Positions 24,096-40,029 of a stretch of 64,000 bases of DNA are shown in pieces (the stretch's first letter is position 1; each line of letters starts with the position of its first letter). The stretch is from positions 25,916,001-25,980,000 of the forward strand of contig NC_043014.1 of the NCBI RefSeq assembly GCF_006345805.1, given 5' to 3'. The translations under genes and the position numbers were made by a program. The DNA comes from Octopus sinensis (taxonomy: Eukaryota). Under the pieces are notes generated by a model. It saw only the letters and a program-made list of their open reading frames with translations, was not told the DNA's origin and ran no database searches.

Positions 24096-27000
24096 ATGGC
24101 AAATCTTAGAATCGGTTGCTTGAATGTGAGAGGCCTCGGGTCACCTTGGAAACAGGGTCACCTGTTAAACGACCTGAGGTTTCATGATGTGGATGTAGCA
24201 GCCATCAGTGAAACCAGGCTCTCCGACCCGCAGGAACTCGCAGCCCTTTTCGGCGGATACGAGATATTTCTATCTCCGTGTCGGCCGGGAGCGGGCGGTG
24301 GTGGTGGTACTGCGGTGTTGTTTCGGAAGGGCCTGGACCTGAAAATAAGAACAGTCTTCTTGGATCCGGAAGGTAAGTTGGTGGTCCTCGACGTGGACGG
24401 TAGTGACGGCGGTGCTTTCAGACTGCTGGCTGCCTACGCTCCGACAGGAGCAGGGCAGTCGGATTATTTCAAACGTCTGGAAGTTTTCCTGGGAACGTCA
24501 CGCACTCTAGTACTAGTTGGGGATTGGAACGCTGTCTTAGACGAACGTTTCGATCGGGTGGGCAGGGGAGCGTCTGATAGGAGAGGGGGAGGGTGCAAGA
24601 GCCTCGCCAACCTACTCGGCCGCTTTCAGCTGTCCGACAGGTTTCGACTAGACAACCCGAATGTGCCAATGTGGACTTGGACAAACCGCATCGGGTCGTC
24701 TAGATCGTACTTAGATAGAGTGTTTTGTAGGCCAGCGGATAAGGACAGCGTAGGGTGTCCACAATTCCACCTAGTCGAATATACGGACCACAAATTAGTG
24801 ATCTGTACGGTCGACTTAGATAGGCTACATAGACAGGGACCCGGCTACTGGAAGCTGAACGCGTCGTTAACGGCGTGCAAAGCTTACAGAGACCGGATTA
24901 GTTTACTAGTTAAGCGGGCGCTCACGGGGGCAATCATCAACAACAACTGGTGGTTTGCCCTCAAGAGAGCAATTAGAGTAGAGTCGATTAGGTATAGTAA
25001 GACTCTAGCTATTGAACGTAGGAAGAGAGAGCGGGATTTAGTTAAGAAACTAGACGAGGCTCTTGACACTGGCATCGCGACCGACGTGTTGGCGGCAAGG
25101 TTGGCCCTCGACCAACACTTCGACGCCAAACACGAAGGCTGCGTTGTCAGAGCTAAGGCACGTTCGCTAAGCGGGGAGGGGACTAGAGCCGCTCGATGGG
25201 CCCGCGTGGCGGAGGCGAAGCGAGGCAACAGAGCAACCATTCGGTCTTTGGTGGACCAGAACGGGCGCGAGGTTACCCAACCGAAGCAGATGTGTACGGT
25301 GCTTCAGCGGCACTTTGCTCAACTGTTTGGGACGAGCGGTGGAACGGACACCAACGGTACAGACTTCGGTGTGTACCTGGACGGACTGCCGCAACTCTCG
25401 GACAGCGAGGCAGAGTGCTGCGAAGGACCGATATCTGCCTGGGAAGTACAGGAAGCGATGAAGAGTTGCACGAGAGGTAGATCGCCGGGTTTGGATGGTC
25501 TGCCCTACGAGCTTTACTTTTCAATGCCAGACTTGTTTGCGGACCTGTTGGCAAACGTCTACTGCAACTGGCAGCAAAACGGGAGAATTCCTGCTTTTGT
25601 CTGTCGAGGGGTGGTGGCTTTGCTAAAGAAGCACCCAAACAAGGGGGACGTTATAGGGAATTTCCGGCCCATCACTCTGCTCAATGCAGAGTTGAAGATT
25701 TTGGCCAAGGTGCTAGCCAAGAGATTGGCGCTTGTCGTGGACAAGCTGGTCGGCGGGACGCAGACATGCGCCGTGCCGACCAGGTCGATACACGACAACC
25801 TCCATCTCATGCGCTACATCATAGAGAGGGTGGGTAACGACGCTGGCGCGGGTGGGGCTTTGATCAACTTGGATCAGAGTAAAGCCTTCGATAGGGTCGA
25901 CCATCGGTACCTGGCAGCTGTCCTCAAGGCAGCCGGCTTCGGTCCAGTCTTCCGCGGGTGGATCGCTGCTTTATACAGCAACATCTGCTCGGTGATACGG
26001 GTGAACGGTCACCTTTCGGAACCGTTCGACATCTCGCGTTCGGTCCGCCAAGGATGCCCTCTCTCCTCCCTCTTGTACATTTTGACTCTCGAGCCATTAC
26101 TGCGCAAGTTGGAGGCTTTGAGGGGCATCCCGCGCGATCTAGGAGGCGGAAACAGCGTGTCTGCTTATGCCGACGACGTCACCGTGGTGGTGTCGAGCCA
26201 CAGGCACATTGGCCTGATTGGCGAGACGCTAAACCAGTACGAAGCGGTGACAGGGGCAAAGATTAACGCGGAAAAGTCTGTGGGCTTGCAACTGGGCACC
26301 TGGAGAGGCAAGCCCATGCCGTCCAACAGCGTCGTAGGGCGCTGGACAGACGGACCCGTTAAACTGCTCGGGGTCTGGTTCGGTCCGGACCTCCAGGTGG
26401 ATAAGAACTGGGAAGAGGTGACGAGCAGGGTGGCACGTCTCACCCAGAAATGGGCCGAGAGGAAGCTGTCCCTGAAAGGTCGAGCGGAGGTGGCGAATGC
26501 GTACATCGCATCCGTCATCTATTACCGCTTGACCGTCGTCCCTTGTCCCGACCGCTGGTTGGCCAAGCTGGTACACCTGCTCTTCGACTTTTTGTGGAAG
26601 GGTCAGGTGCCACTGGTCAGGCGATCCATCTGCTGTCAACGGCCGCTGAACGGAGGCCTTGGAATGCCGTGGTTGCTGTTGCGCAGACATGCGCTCAGGT
26701 TGCGGCATCTCAAGCGCTTCCTAGACGGTGAACAGGTGTGGTCGCCTTTTGTCAGACGCGATTTTCCGCAGCTCGTCTCTTTGACGGAGCTGCAGACCTG
26801 GATCAAACGTAGACCGAGAAAGGGCGCTTGGCACCTCGAGTGCCGTCAAGCCCTCTCCGCCCTCCACCAGGCGGGCAATGCGGTCGGTTACAGCTCCACT
26901 CTAGCGTTCTATAGAGGGTTAGTGGAGGAAAAATGCGACGACGTTCTCGGGGAAACTCTAGGCGTTGAAGACGACGAACTGAGCGGTCTGTTCGGGAGGA

Positions 27001-27532
27001 CTTTCGGGCCGGGGCCGATGGATAATTTCCAGAGGTCTCTCGCCTGGCAGTGCTACCGAGGGGCTCTGCCTGTTCGAGATAAACTCTACCGGCACGGAAG
27101 TGCCGTCAGCCGGGCCTGCCCGAGGTGTTGCCAGGACGACGAAACCGTTCTGCACGCACTCGTCCAGTGCCCGAGTATTGCTGAAATATGGGTTTATGTC
27201 GAACAGCTACTGTCACGTGTAGGACGGATCCGACTATCGGCCGAATCCATAGTGAAGATTGCCCCGCCGACCTCCTTTAACAAGGAGGGCGAGGCCGTTT
27301 TCTTGTGCCTAGTGGCTGTGGCGAAAGAGGGTGTGTGGTGGACTCGTTTGAAAGGGCTAAAGACAGACACTTTCCTCTTTGTCAAGGCCTCATCAACTTT
27401 TTCAAGTTTCACTTGAAAAGGAAGATGAGGTTAGAGAGGAAAGTGCTGTCCGATAGCAAGTTTTATGAAAGGTGGGTGAATTGTGCGAGACTGGCCTGTA
27501 TAAATGGACCAGTTCTCAGGTTTCGCCTGTGA
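24096..27532 (+). CDS. Tx1 copy A ORF2: APE endonuclease, reverse transcriptase and C-terminal CCHC; one 1-nt deletion near 27380
   Basis: CLNVRGL, ISETR, AYAP, LVGDWN, YLDRVF, TDH (APE); RPITLLN, LDQSKAFDRV, RQGCPLS, YADD (RT); CPRCCQDDETVLHALVQC. Open for 1106 aa; copy B shows the true end is ..VLRFRL* at 27532. Confidence 0.95.
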
Positions 27533-28049
27533 TTTCAAAGAAAAAGGTAATGTAAAAGGAGAAGAAAGGGGACTCTCTACACCCCCTTTTTTTGACCAGG
27601 CTCCCGTTGGCTTTTGTAGGGTTTTTTCCACCGGGAACATTTCGAGACGTCTCCCCATTTTGGGAGTTTTTCATTGTTGAATTTTATAAGTTGTTATAAA
27701 GATTTTTACTCGATGTTTTTAAAAAACGGCAAAACCCTTTGTAACCTTTCGTCCTGTCTTGTCCCTTTATGTAATCATGCGTGTTAGCCCTTGTGGCCAA
27801 TAAAAAAGAATTGATTATTATTATTATTCCTCCCGACGCCGATGGACGTACGTGGATCAGCTCTGTGAGTTTTGTGCCAATTTTATTGGAAATTTTTTAA
27901 TAAGCTTGAATATTTTTAAATATTTTTGTAGCCAAGCCGACCGGCTTCTTGCGGAGCTCGTCGGTTGGGCGAAGTTTTGCCCCTTCGGGGTGAAATTGCT
28001 CTTTATTATATTGAAATTGACATTTTTTATGCACACACACATTTACAAA

Positions 28050-29914
28050 ATGGCTTTAAAACGAGCTGCTGGCTCTTCCCTCCTTCTTGCAACACCCCCT
28101 CCACAAGAACAAAAGGCAACGTCACGGGTTACGTACAACCCATTTCAAGCCGTAAAAGGCAACAAAGATCCTCCTTCCGAACCGGAGTGCACGCGCTCGG
28201 TTCAAAAGGAGAATGCAAGCCAGGACGTCGCGTTCGACGTCACTCTGATTTCCCTCCTCTGCCTTCAACAAGTGATGCTGTACCGAAGAGGGAGGAAAAG
28301 AAACTTATAGCAGACAAAAATACAGACAAGAACCAACAAAAAAATGTTAAAAAACTCTAACGATTTTGCTTCTGCTGCGAAGCAAATTTCGGAAGATGTA
28401 GATATAACGATGGAGGACATAAAGATGGCACAAGATTTGTTGAGAAAGGAGGGGAACAGTGTTTTCCTCAACACACCTCAACAACTCACACAAGAGACAA
28501 ACAAAAGAACAATCTTTTATAAAGTCTTCGAAAAGAAAACTAAAAGATTGTTTAACGCCACACCACAACAGTTAGAGATGGCTCTGAAGCCCATTTGGGG
28601 CCAGAAGAGCTATGTGACAAGAGGGAAGCGATTTGGAACCGTGGAGGTTCGCTTCCCAACAGAGGAGCTTGCAAGGGCGAACGCCATTTCGCCCTTGCAA
28701 AATGAACATTTGTTCCTCGTCCCGACGTACCTCGGGCGTAAGGTACAAAAAAATAACTATAAGCACAATACCCCCCGAACAGAAAATCTCATGGCTAGTG
28801 GCGGCTGTCCTCTATGGCATAGAGGACACTGCCACTATTCTGAATGTTCGGAGGGTACGAGAAAAGAACTGGTCAGGCATGGGAATTCAACTGCTGGTAC
28901 AGATCCAGCAGGAAAACATCAATGCCATACCTGACTTTGTCATCTTGCTGGATGGGACAAGGCTAAATGTTATTGTAGAGGGGCGAAAGCCAAAATGTTT
29001 CCTCTGCAGTAGCGAAAGCCACCTAAAAAGGGACTGCCCCATTCAAAAAAAGAGAATGGAAGAATATAGCAAGAGGCAGCAGCAACAACAACAACAACAA
29101 CAACAACAACACAAGCAACAACAACAGAAACAACAAAAACAGCAAGAAACACCAAAGGATGCCACACCACCAACACCATCACCAACACCAGCACCAAGAC
29201 GAGCAACACCACCTCCAACAACAACAACCACCACCAAACCAACACCGACAACCACCACCAAACCAACACCGACACCAGTACCTCGAAGGTCGACAGCAGC
29301 GACATCAACAGTAACAGGAGCAGCGGCACCACCGATACCGGTGGAACCAGAAACTTTTCGTCCTGCTACTGAAGCAGACCCCTCAACCATTCCTTTGCCG
29401 GATGAAGAGTCGGATTGTGCGAGCTCTGATTCCAACAAAGGAGAATGGAGTATAGTGCCTCCAAAGAAGAAAAGGAGGAAGAAACAAAAAGATTTACAGG
29501 GGAAGCACGAACAAATAGTGCTTCCCAACATCAACAACAACAACAACAACAACACACACTCACAACAACAAACAACAACAACACTTTCGACACCACTACT
29601 GCCACTGCCACACACACAAACACACACAGACACAATTACATCAATAAACACAAAGAACCAAAAACTAGTGGAGTACTTAAAAAACAAAACTAGTACAAAT
29701 ATAACGATTTCATCATACCAACACAAAACACACACCAGCACACATTCTCACAATAAAAATAAATGCAAAAACATATGATGAAATCAAACAAATATTCCCT
29801 AACGATGTGGGATCGCTAGGGAAAAGTTTCTCGAAGAAACTTTATAAAAACATTGTGGAAGCACCCGTGCAAAAGCACAAGGGAGCCACCCCCACCACCA
29901 ACAACAGTAAGTAG
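28050..29914 (+). CDS. Tx1 copy B ORF1, broken by small indels
   Basis: ATG at 28050 (MALKRAAG). Includes a 192-nt segment missing from copy A. Same CCHC and polyQ; reconstructed stop at 29912-29914. Confidence 0.85.
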
Positions 29915-29955
29915 AGCCTTTTTTCTCCGTTTTTTTTTTTCCCCTACTTTGAGAC

Positions 29956-32900
29956 ATGGCAAATCTTAGAATCGGTTGCTTGAATGTGAGAGGCCTCGGG
30001 TCACCTTGGAAACAGGGTCACCTGTTAAACGACCTGAGGTTTCATGATGTGGATGTAGCAGCCATCAGTGAAACCAGGCTCTCCGACCCGCAGGAACTCG
30101 CAGCCCTTTTCGGCGGATACGAGATATTTCTATCTCCGTGTCGGCCGGGAGCGGGCGGTGGTGGTACTGCGGTGTTGTTTCGGAAGGGCCTGGACCTGAA
30201 AATAAGGACAGTCTTCTTGGATCCGGAAGGTAAGTTGGTGGTCCTCGACGTGGACGGTAGTGACGGCGGTGCTTTCAGACTGCTGGCTGCCTACGCTCCG
30301 ACAGGAGCAGGGCAGTCGGATTATTTCAAACGTCTGGAAGTTTTCCTGGGAACGTCACGCACTCTAGTACTAGTTGGGGATTGGAACGCTGTCTTAGACG
30401 AACGTTTCGATCGGGTGGGCAGGGGAGCGTCTGATAGGAGGGGGAGGGTGCAAGAGCCTCGCCAACCTACTCGGCCGCTTTCAGCTGTCCGACAGGTTTC
30501 GACTAGACAACCCGAATGTGCCAATGTGGACTTGGACAAACCGCATCGGGTCGTCTAGATCGTACTTAGATAGAGTGTTTTGTAGGCCAGCGGATAAGGA
30601 CAGCGTAGGGTGTCCACAATTCCACCTAGTCGAATATACGGACCACAAATTAGTGATCTGTACGGTCGACTTAGATAGGCTACATAGACAGGGACCCGGC
30701 TACTGGAAGCTGAACGCGTCGTTAACGGCGTGCAAAGCTTACAGAGACCGGATTAGTTTACTAGTTAAGCGGGCGCTCACGGGGGCAATCATCAACAACA
30801 ACTGGTGGTTTGCCCTCAAGAGAGCAATTAGAGTAGAGTCGATTAGGTATAGTAAGACTCTAGCTATTGAACGTAGGAAGAGAGAGCGGGATTTAGTTAA
30901 GAAACTAGACGAGGCTCTTGACACTGGCATCGCGACCGACGTGTTGGCGGCAAGGTTGGCCCTCGACCAACACTTCGACGCCAAACACGAAGGCTGCGTT
31001 GTCAGAGCTAAGGCACGTTCGCTAAGCGGGGAGGGGGAGACTAGAGCCGCTCGATGGGCCCGCGTGGCGGAGGCGAAGCGAGGCAACAGAGCAACCATTC
31101 GGTCTTTGGTGGACCAGAACGGGCGCGAGGTTACCCAACCGAAGCAGATGTGTACGGTGCTTCAGCGGCACTTTGCTCAACTGTTTGGGACGAGCGGTGG
31201 AACGGACACCAACGGTACAGACTTCGGTGTGTACCTGGACGGACTGCCGCAACTCTCGGACAGCGAGGCAGAGTGCTGCGAAGGACCGATATCTGCCTGG
31301 GAAGTACAGGAAGCGATGAAGAGTTGCACGAGAGGTAGATCGCCGGGTTTGGATGGTCTGCCCTACGAGCTTTACTTTTCAATGCCAGACTTGTTTGCGG
31401 ACCTGTTGGCAAACGTCTACTGCAACTGGCAGCAAAACGGGAGAATTCCTGCTTTTGTCTGTCGAGGGGTGGTGGCTTTGCTAAAGAAGGACCCAAACAA
31501 GGGGGACGTTATAGGGAATTTCCGGCCCATCACTCTGCTCAATGCAGAGTTGAAGATTTTGGCCAAGGTGCTAGCCAAGAGATTGGCGCTTGTCGTGGAC
31601 AAGCTGGTCGGCGGGACGCAGACATGCGCCGTGCCGACCAGGTCGATACACGACAACCTCCATCTCATGCGCTACATCATAGAGAGGGTGGGTAACGACG
31701 CTGGCGCGGGTGGGGCTTTGATCAACTTGGATCAGAGTAAAGCCTTCGATAGGGTCGACCATCGGTACCTGGCAGCTGTCCTCAAGGCAGCCGGCTTCGG
31801 TCCAGTCTTCCGCGGGTGGATCGCTGCTTTATACAGCAACATCTGCTCGGTGATACGGGTGAACGGTCACCTTTCGGAACCGTTCGACATCTCGCGTTCG
31901 GTCCGCCAAGGATGCCCTCTCTCCTCCCTCTTGTACATTTTGACTCTCGAGCCATTACTGCGCAAGTTGGAGGCTTTGAGGGGCATCCCGCGCGATCTAG
32001 GAGGCGGAAACAGCGTGTCTGCTTATGCCGACGACGTCACCGTGGTGGTGTCGAGCCACAGGCACATTGGCCTGATTGGCGAGACGCTAAACCAGTACGA
32101 AGCGGTGACAGGGGCAAAGATTAACGCGGAAAAGTCTGTGGGCTTGCAACTGGGCACCTGGAGAGGCAAGCCCATGCCGTCCAACAGCGTCGTAGGGCGC
32201 TGGACAGACGGACCCGTTAAACTGCTCGGGGTCTGGTTCGGTCCGGACCTCCAGGTGGATAAGAACTGGGAAGAGGTGACGAGCAGGGTGGCACGTCTCA
32301 CCCAGAAATGGGCCGAGAGGAAGCTGTCCCTGAAAGGTCGAGCGGAGGTGGCGAATGCGTACATCGCATCCGTCATCTATTACCGCTTGACCGTCGTCCC
32401 TTGTCCCGACCGCTGGTTGGCCAAGCTGGTACGCCTGCTCTTCGACTTTTTGTGGAAGGGTCAGGTGCCACTGGTCAGGCGATCCATCTGCTGTCAACGA
32501 CCGCTGAACGGAGGCCTTGGAATGCCGTGGTTGCTGTTGCGCAGACATGCGCTCAGGCTGCGGCATCTCAAGCGCTTCCTAGACGGTGAACAGGTGTGGT
32601 CGTCTTTTGTCAGACGCGATTTTCCGCAGCTCGTCTCTTTGACGGAGCTGCAGACCTGGATCAAACGTAGACCGAGAAAGGGCGCTTGGCACCTCGAGTG
32701 CCGTCAAGCCCTCTCCGCCCTCCACCAGGCGGGCAATGCGGTCGGTTACAGCTCCACTCTAGCGTTCTATAGAGGGTTAGTGGAGGAAAAATGCGACGAC
32801 GTTCTCGGGGAAACTCTAGGCGTTGAAGATGACGAACTGTGCGGTCTGTTCGGGAGGACTTTCGGGCCGGGGCCGATGGATAATTTCCAGAGGTCTCTCG

Positions 32901-33391
32901 CTTGGCAGTGCTACCGAGGGGCTCCGCCTGTTCGAGATAAACTCTACCGGCACGGAAGTGCCGTCAGCCGAGCCTGCCTGAGGTGTTGCCAGGACGACGA
33001 AACCGTTCTGCACGCACTCGTTCAGTGCCCGAGTATTGCTGAAATATGGGTTTATGTCGAACAGCTACTGTCACGTGTAGGACGGATCCGACTATCGGCC
33101 GAATCCATAGTGAAGATTGCCCCGCCGACCTCCTTTAACAAGGAGGGCGAGGCCGTTTTCTTGTGCCTAGTGGCTGTGGCGAAAGAGGTGGTGTGGTGGA
33201 CTCGTTTGAAAGGGCTAAAGACAGACACTTTCCTCTTTGGTCAAGGCCTCATCAACTTTTTCAAGTTTCACTTGAAAAGGAAGATGAGGTTAGAGAGGAA
33301 AGTGCTGTCCGATAGCAAGTTTTATGAAAGGTGGGTGAATTGTGCGAGACTGGCCTGTATAAATGGACCAGTTCTCAGGTTTCGCCTGTGA
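29956..33391 (+). CDS. Tx1 copy B ORF2 (APE-RT-CCHC), one frameshift in a G-run near 30445
   Basis: ORF-track pieces 29956-30558 and 30518-33391 join into a protein nearly identical to copy A ORF2. Confidence 0.95.
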
Positions 33392-33673
33392 TTTCAAAGA
33401 AAAAGGTAATGTAAAAGGAGAAGAAAGGGGACTCTCTACACCCCCTTTTTTTGACCAGGCTCCCGTTGGCTTTTGTAGGGTTTTTTCCACCAGGAACCTT
33501 TCGAGACGTCTCCCCCTTTTGGGAGTTTTTCATTGTTGAATTTTATAAGTTGTTATAAAGATTTTTACTCGATGTTTTTAAAAAAAAGGCAAAACCCTTT
33601 GTAACCTTTCGTCCTGTCTTGTCCCTTTATGTAATCATGCGTGTCAGCCCTTGTGGCCAATAAAAAAGAATTG

Positions 33674-33733
<60 letters not shown>
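33674..33733. repeat. (ATT)20 microsatellite followed by degenerate (GTT)/(ATT) repeats
   Basis: Counted directly. Confidence 0.95.
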
Positions 33734-33824
33734 TTTATTATTGTTATCATTGGTGTTGTTGTTGTTGTTTTTAGTGTTTTTAATGTTGTTTTAGTGTTTA
33801 CTAATGTAAACAATAAATACTGTA

Positions 33825-35420
33825 AATACTGTCCTACCCTATCGTGGCGATTTTTGTATTCTTTTGGCGCCAGCACAGGACATCTCCAGACGAGATGATC
33901 TATTGTTTCATCAAATGTATCGCAGAATCTGCATTTAGGGCCAGAACAGTTTTGAAGAACGTTAGCTATGTGGTTTTTGGTAAGCAAACTTTGATCTTGT
34001 GCCGCCAATACGAAACCTTTAGTCTCTGCTTTCAGTCCTGAATTTCTCAGCCACTGATGTATTGTTCCTTGGTTTACATCAGTATTTCGGCTTCGAAGTA
34101 TATAGTGACCATGCAGAGGCTGCTAATCCCGCCGCTCCTTAATTTGTTTCTGCCTGTTTTCTTTTGCAGTCTGTTTTGTCCGTTTTACTTGTTTTGTAGC
34201 AGTGGCTACAGGTTCTTCATCTATTTGCGAATTTGCAAACTTTCTTGGCAATAGAATGTGAATTCTCGCTGCTTTCGTGTTTGCACACAAGCCGCAGCAT
34301 CCAGTTTTCTGTACTTTAGCACAATTATCAAGGCAAAAATCCATCCCGATGTCATTGTTGGACTCTTTAACAGTTATTAACAGCCATACGAGCTCTTTGT
34401 CATTTCTAGCAATCAGCTTCAGATCGTCAATATATATTTTTGCTTGATTTTTCTTGCTTGTTTCGTCTTTACGTTTACTCCTGTAGCAAGTTCATCGAGA
34501 ACTGATACATCCGCACACAAAAATTCTATCTCTTTATGTATTGCTGCTTTTCACTTAAGGGGTATATTGATATGGTTGGTCCTTTTCTGTGTAGTCCTCA
34601 TACCTAATTGAGCAGTTACAACTTTAGCAGTGGAACAGATTAGGTTATTTAAGGTTGTTGGGTCATTTCCTTTATTTCTATAATCTGTCTAAGACCAACA
34701 TTATATATATGTTATGTTTTATGCTGTTTGAGAGCTTTGGTAGCGGTCTTTGTTGATCATGTCACTAAACTCAGTCTTGATGAGTTCTCGCATATCTTAT
34801 TTTGCTTCTTTGAACTTCTCTTTATCATTCACCTCAAATTTTGTGCCATATCTATTCTGGTGTTCTTGCGGTAGGTCTACTTTCTCCTCTTTTTCTGCAT
34901 ACCTGTTCTTCGCTATTATTTCTTCAGCTTCTTCGCTGGGATGTACTGCTCGTACACTATGCATCTGTTACGTATTTCATTTTACATTGTTGCTGTTTTC
35001 ATTTGTCGACCATGGGATATTTGTGTCCTAATTTGGCTAATTTTAGCGTCATTTACCCTTTAATGATGTCTCTACGTACATTACTTAATCTATTTGCGTC
35101 TATATCTCTCTGTACTTCACTGTCTACTAAGTTTCCCCATGAAATGTATGTTTGTACAATGAGGTTATTGCCTGGACTTAGTTGGGCTGCATAGACAGCT
35201 TTCAAAGCATCTCTATAATCCTCTCTAATCCATTTTATGCGTTGTTCTTTAGGTGGTGCTTTTGTTGGTATCCCCACAGGTCTTGGGTTATGGTTATCCT
35301 GGTTTTGGTTACCTGGTAGTTAGTTTGTTTTGCGAGTTTGTTCCAGGAGCAGACTTTTCGACCCCAGTCTGGTTTCCCACTGGATAACGCAGTACTTGTC
35401 CTGGACGATGACCGATCCGG
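33825..35420 (-). mobile_element. Second R4/Dong-like LINE remnant with internal deletions, 3'-truncated at the TAA-rich tract
   Basis: N-terminal KWIREDY..DANRLSNVRRDII and RPLPKL, jumping to the RT motif YIDDLKL..DIGMDFCLDNCAK, then PLHGHY..WLRNSGLKAETKGFVLAAQDQSLLT..CRFCDTFDETIDHLVWRC..RHDRVGQY. RLE absent. Confidence 0.78.
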
Positions 35421-35429
35421 CATGAGTTT

Positions 35430-39261
<3,832 letters not shown>

Positions 39262-39266
<5 letters not shown>

Positions 39267-40027
39267 TTTAATCATATCAAAGGGAAATGGAATTTAATTA
39301 AAATAAAAATCATTTAATCAAAATTTACATTTCCAGTGGTCTAACGCGTGAAAAAATTTTAGTCAAAAAAACTATATATTAGTCATACGATATAGTGTAT
39401 ATTTAAACACATAGAGAATCCACTTATAGGGATTCTACGCATTAGAAAGAACAGCTAGGTTCTATGACTACAAAAAATTGGGATAAAAATTCGACAGGAA
39501 TAAATTTGGAAATGAAAAACATTTACCATCTAGTATCCTGGACCAATTGGTTTCTGATCATGTTTTAGCAAGTCATGGAGAACTCACAAGGTTTGATTTT
39601 CTTCAGCAGGTCCAACCTAGTGTTAAACATATCCACACGAAACAAACAAGTCTACCTGTCTCGTGTTTATACGAACTAACTTTTCAAATTCACTGCGCAG
39701 ACGCAGTCCTTCGTTGGCTACAATAAAAAACCGACAACGTATTAACCGAAAATTATCCCAAAACTTACAGTATTTAATCATATCAAAGGGAAATGGAATT
39801 TAATTAAAATTAAAAACATTTAATCAAAATTTACATTTCCAGTGGTCTAACGCGTAAAAAAATTTAGTCAAAAAGACTATATATTAGTCATACGATATAG
39901 TATATATTTAAACACATAGAGAATCCACTTATAGGGATTCTACGCGATAGAATTTAGCTGTTCTTTCTATTGCGTAGAATCCATATAAGTGGATTCTCTG
40001 TGTGTTTAAATATACACTATATCGTAT
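39262..40027. repeat. ~180-bp direct repeat (39262-39440, 39768-39945) plus a fold-back inverted copy (39946-40027); probable Helitron 3'-end array
   Basis: The repeats are seen directly. Each contains the hairpin AGAATCC/GGATTCT with CAGCTAG downstream. The intervening DNA weakly resembles a helicase C-terminus (NSQG..YLSRV). Confidence 0.55.
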
Positions 40028-40029
40028 AT

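Larger units (their letters stand above)
22153..27813 (+). mobile_element. Tx1-type (L1 superfamily) LINE, copy A, full length
   Basis: 5' UTR, ORF1, 39-nt U-rich spacer, ORF2, and 3' UTR ending AATAAAAAAGAATTG. Flanked by (ATT)23 and (ATT)5. Confidence 0.93.
27829..33673 (+). mobile_element. Tx1-type LINE, copy B, full length, head-to-tail with copy A
   Basis: Same 5' start (CCTCCCGACGCCGATGG) and 3' end as copy A. Preceded by (ATT)5 (27814-27828) and followed by (ATT)20 (33674-33733). Confidence 0.93.

Noticed and set aside
23094-29741. Long antisense Cys/Val/Leu-rich ORFs (23167-23895, 23094-23456, 29043-29741, 28970-29332)
   Set aside because: They mirror the CAA/ACA-rich Tx1 ORF1 strand, which lacks stop complements; no independent domain.
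24469-33013. Many short overlapping ORFs within the two ORF2s
   Set aside because: Expected by-products of GC-rich coding DNA. They are duplicated only because the element is duplicated.
22153-33673. GC-rich intronless RT genes as possible bacterial contamination, group II intron or retron
   Set aside because: The APE-RT-CCHC ORF2, knuckle-bearing ORF1 and AATAAA end are eukaryotic L1/Tx1 features.
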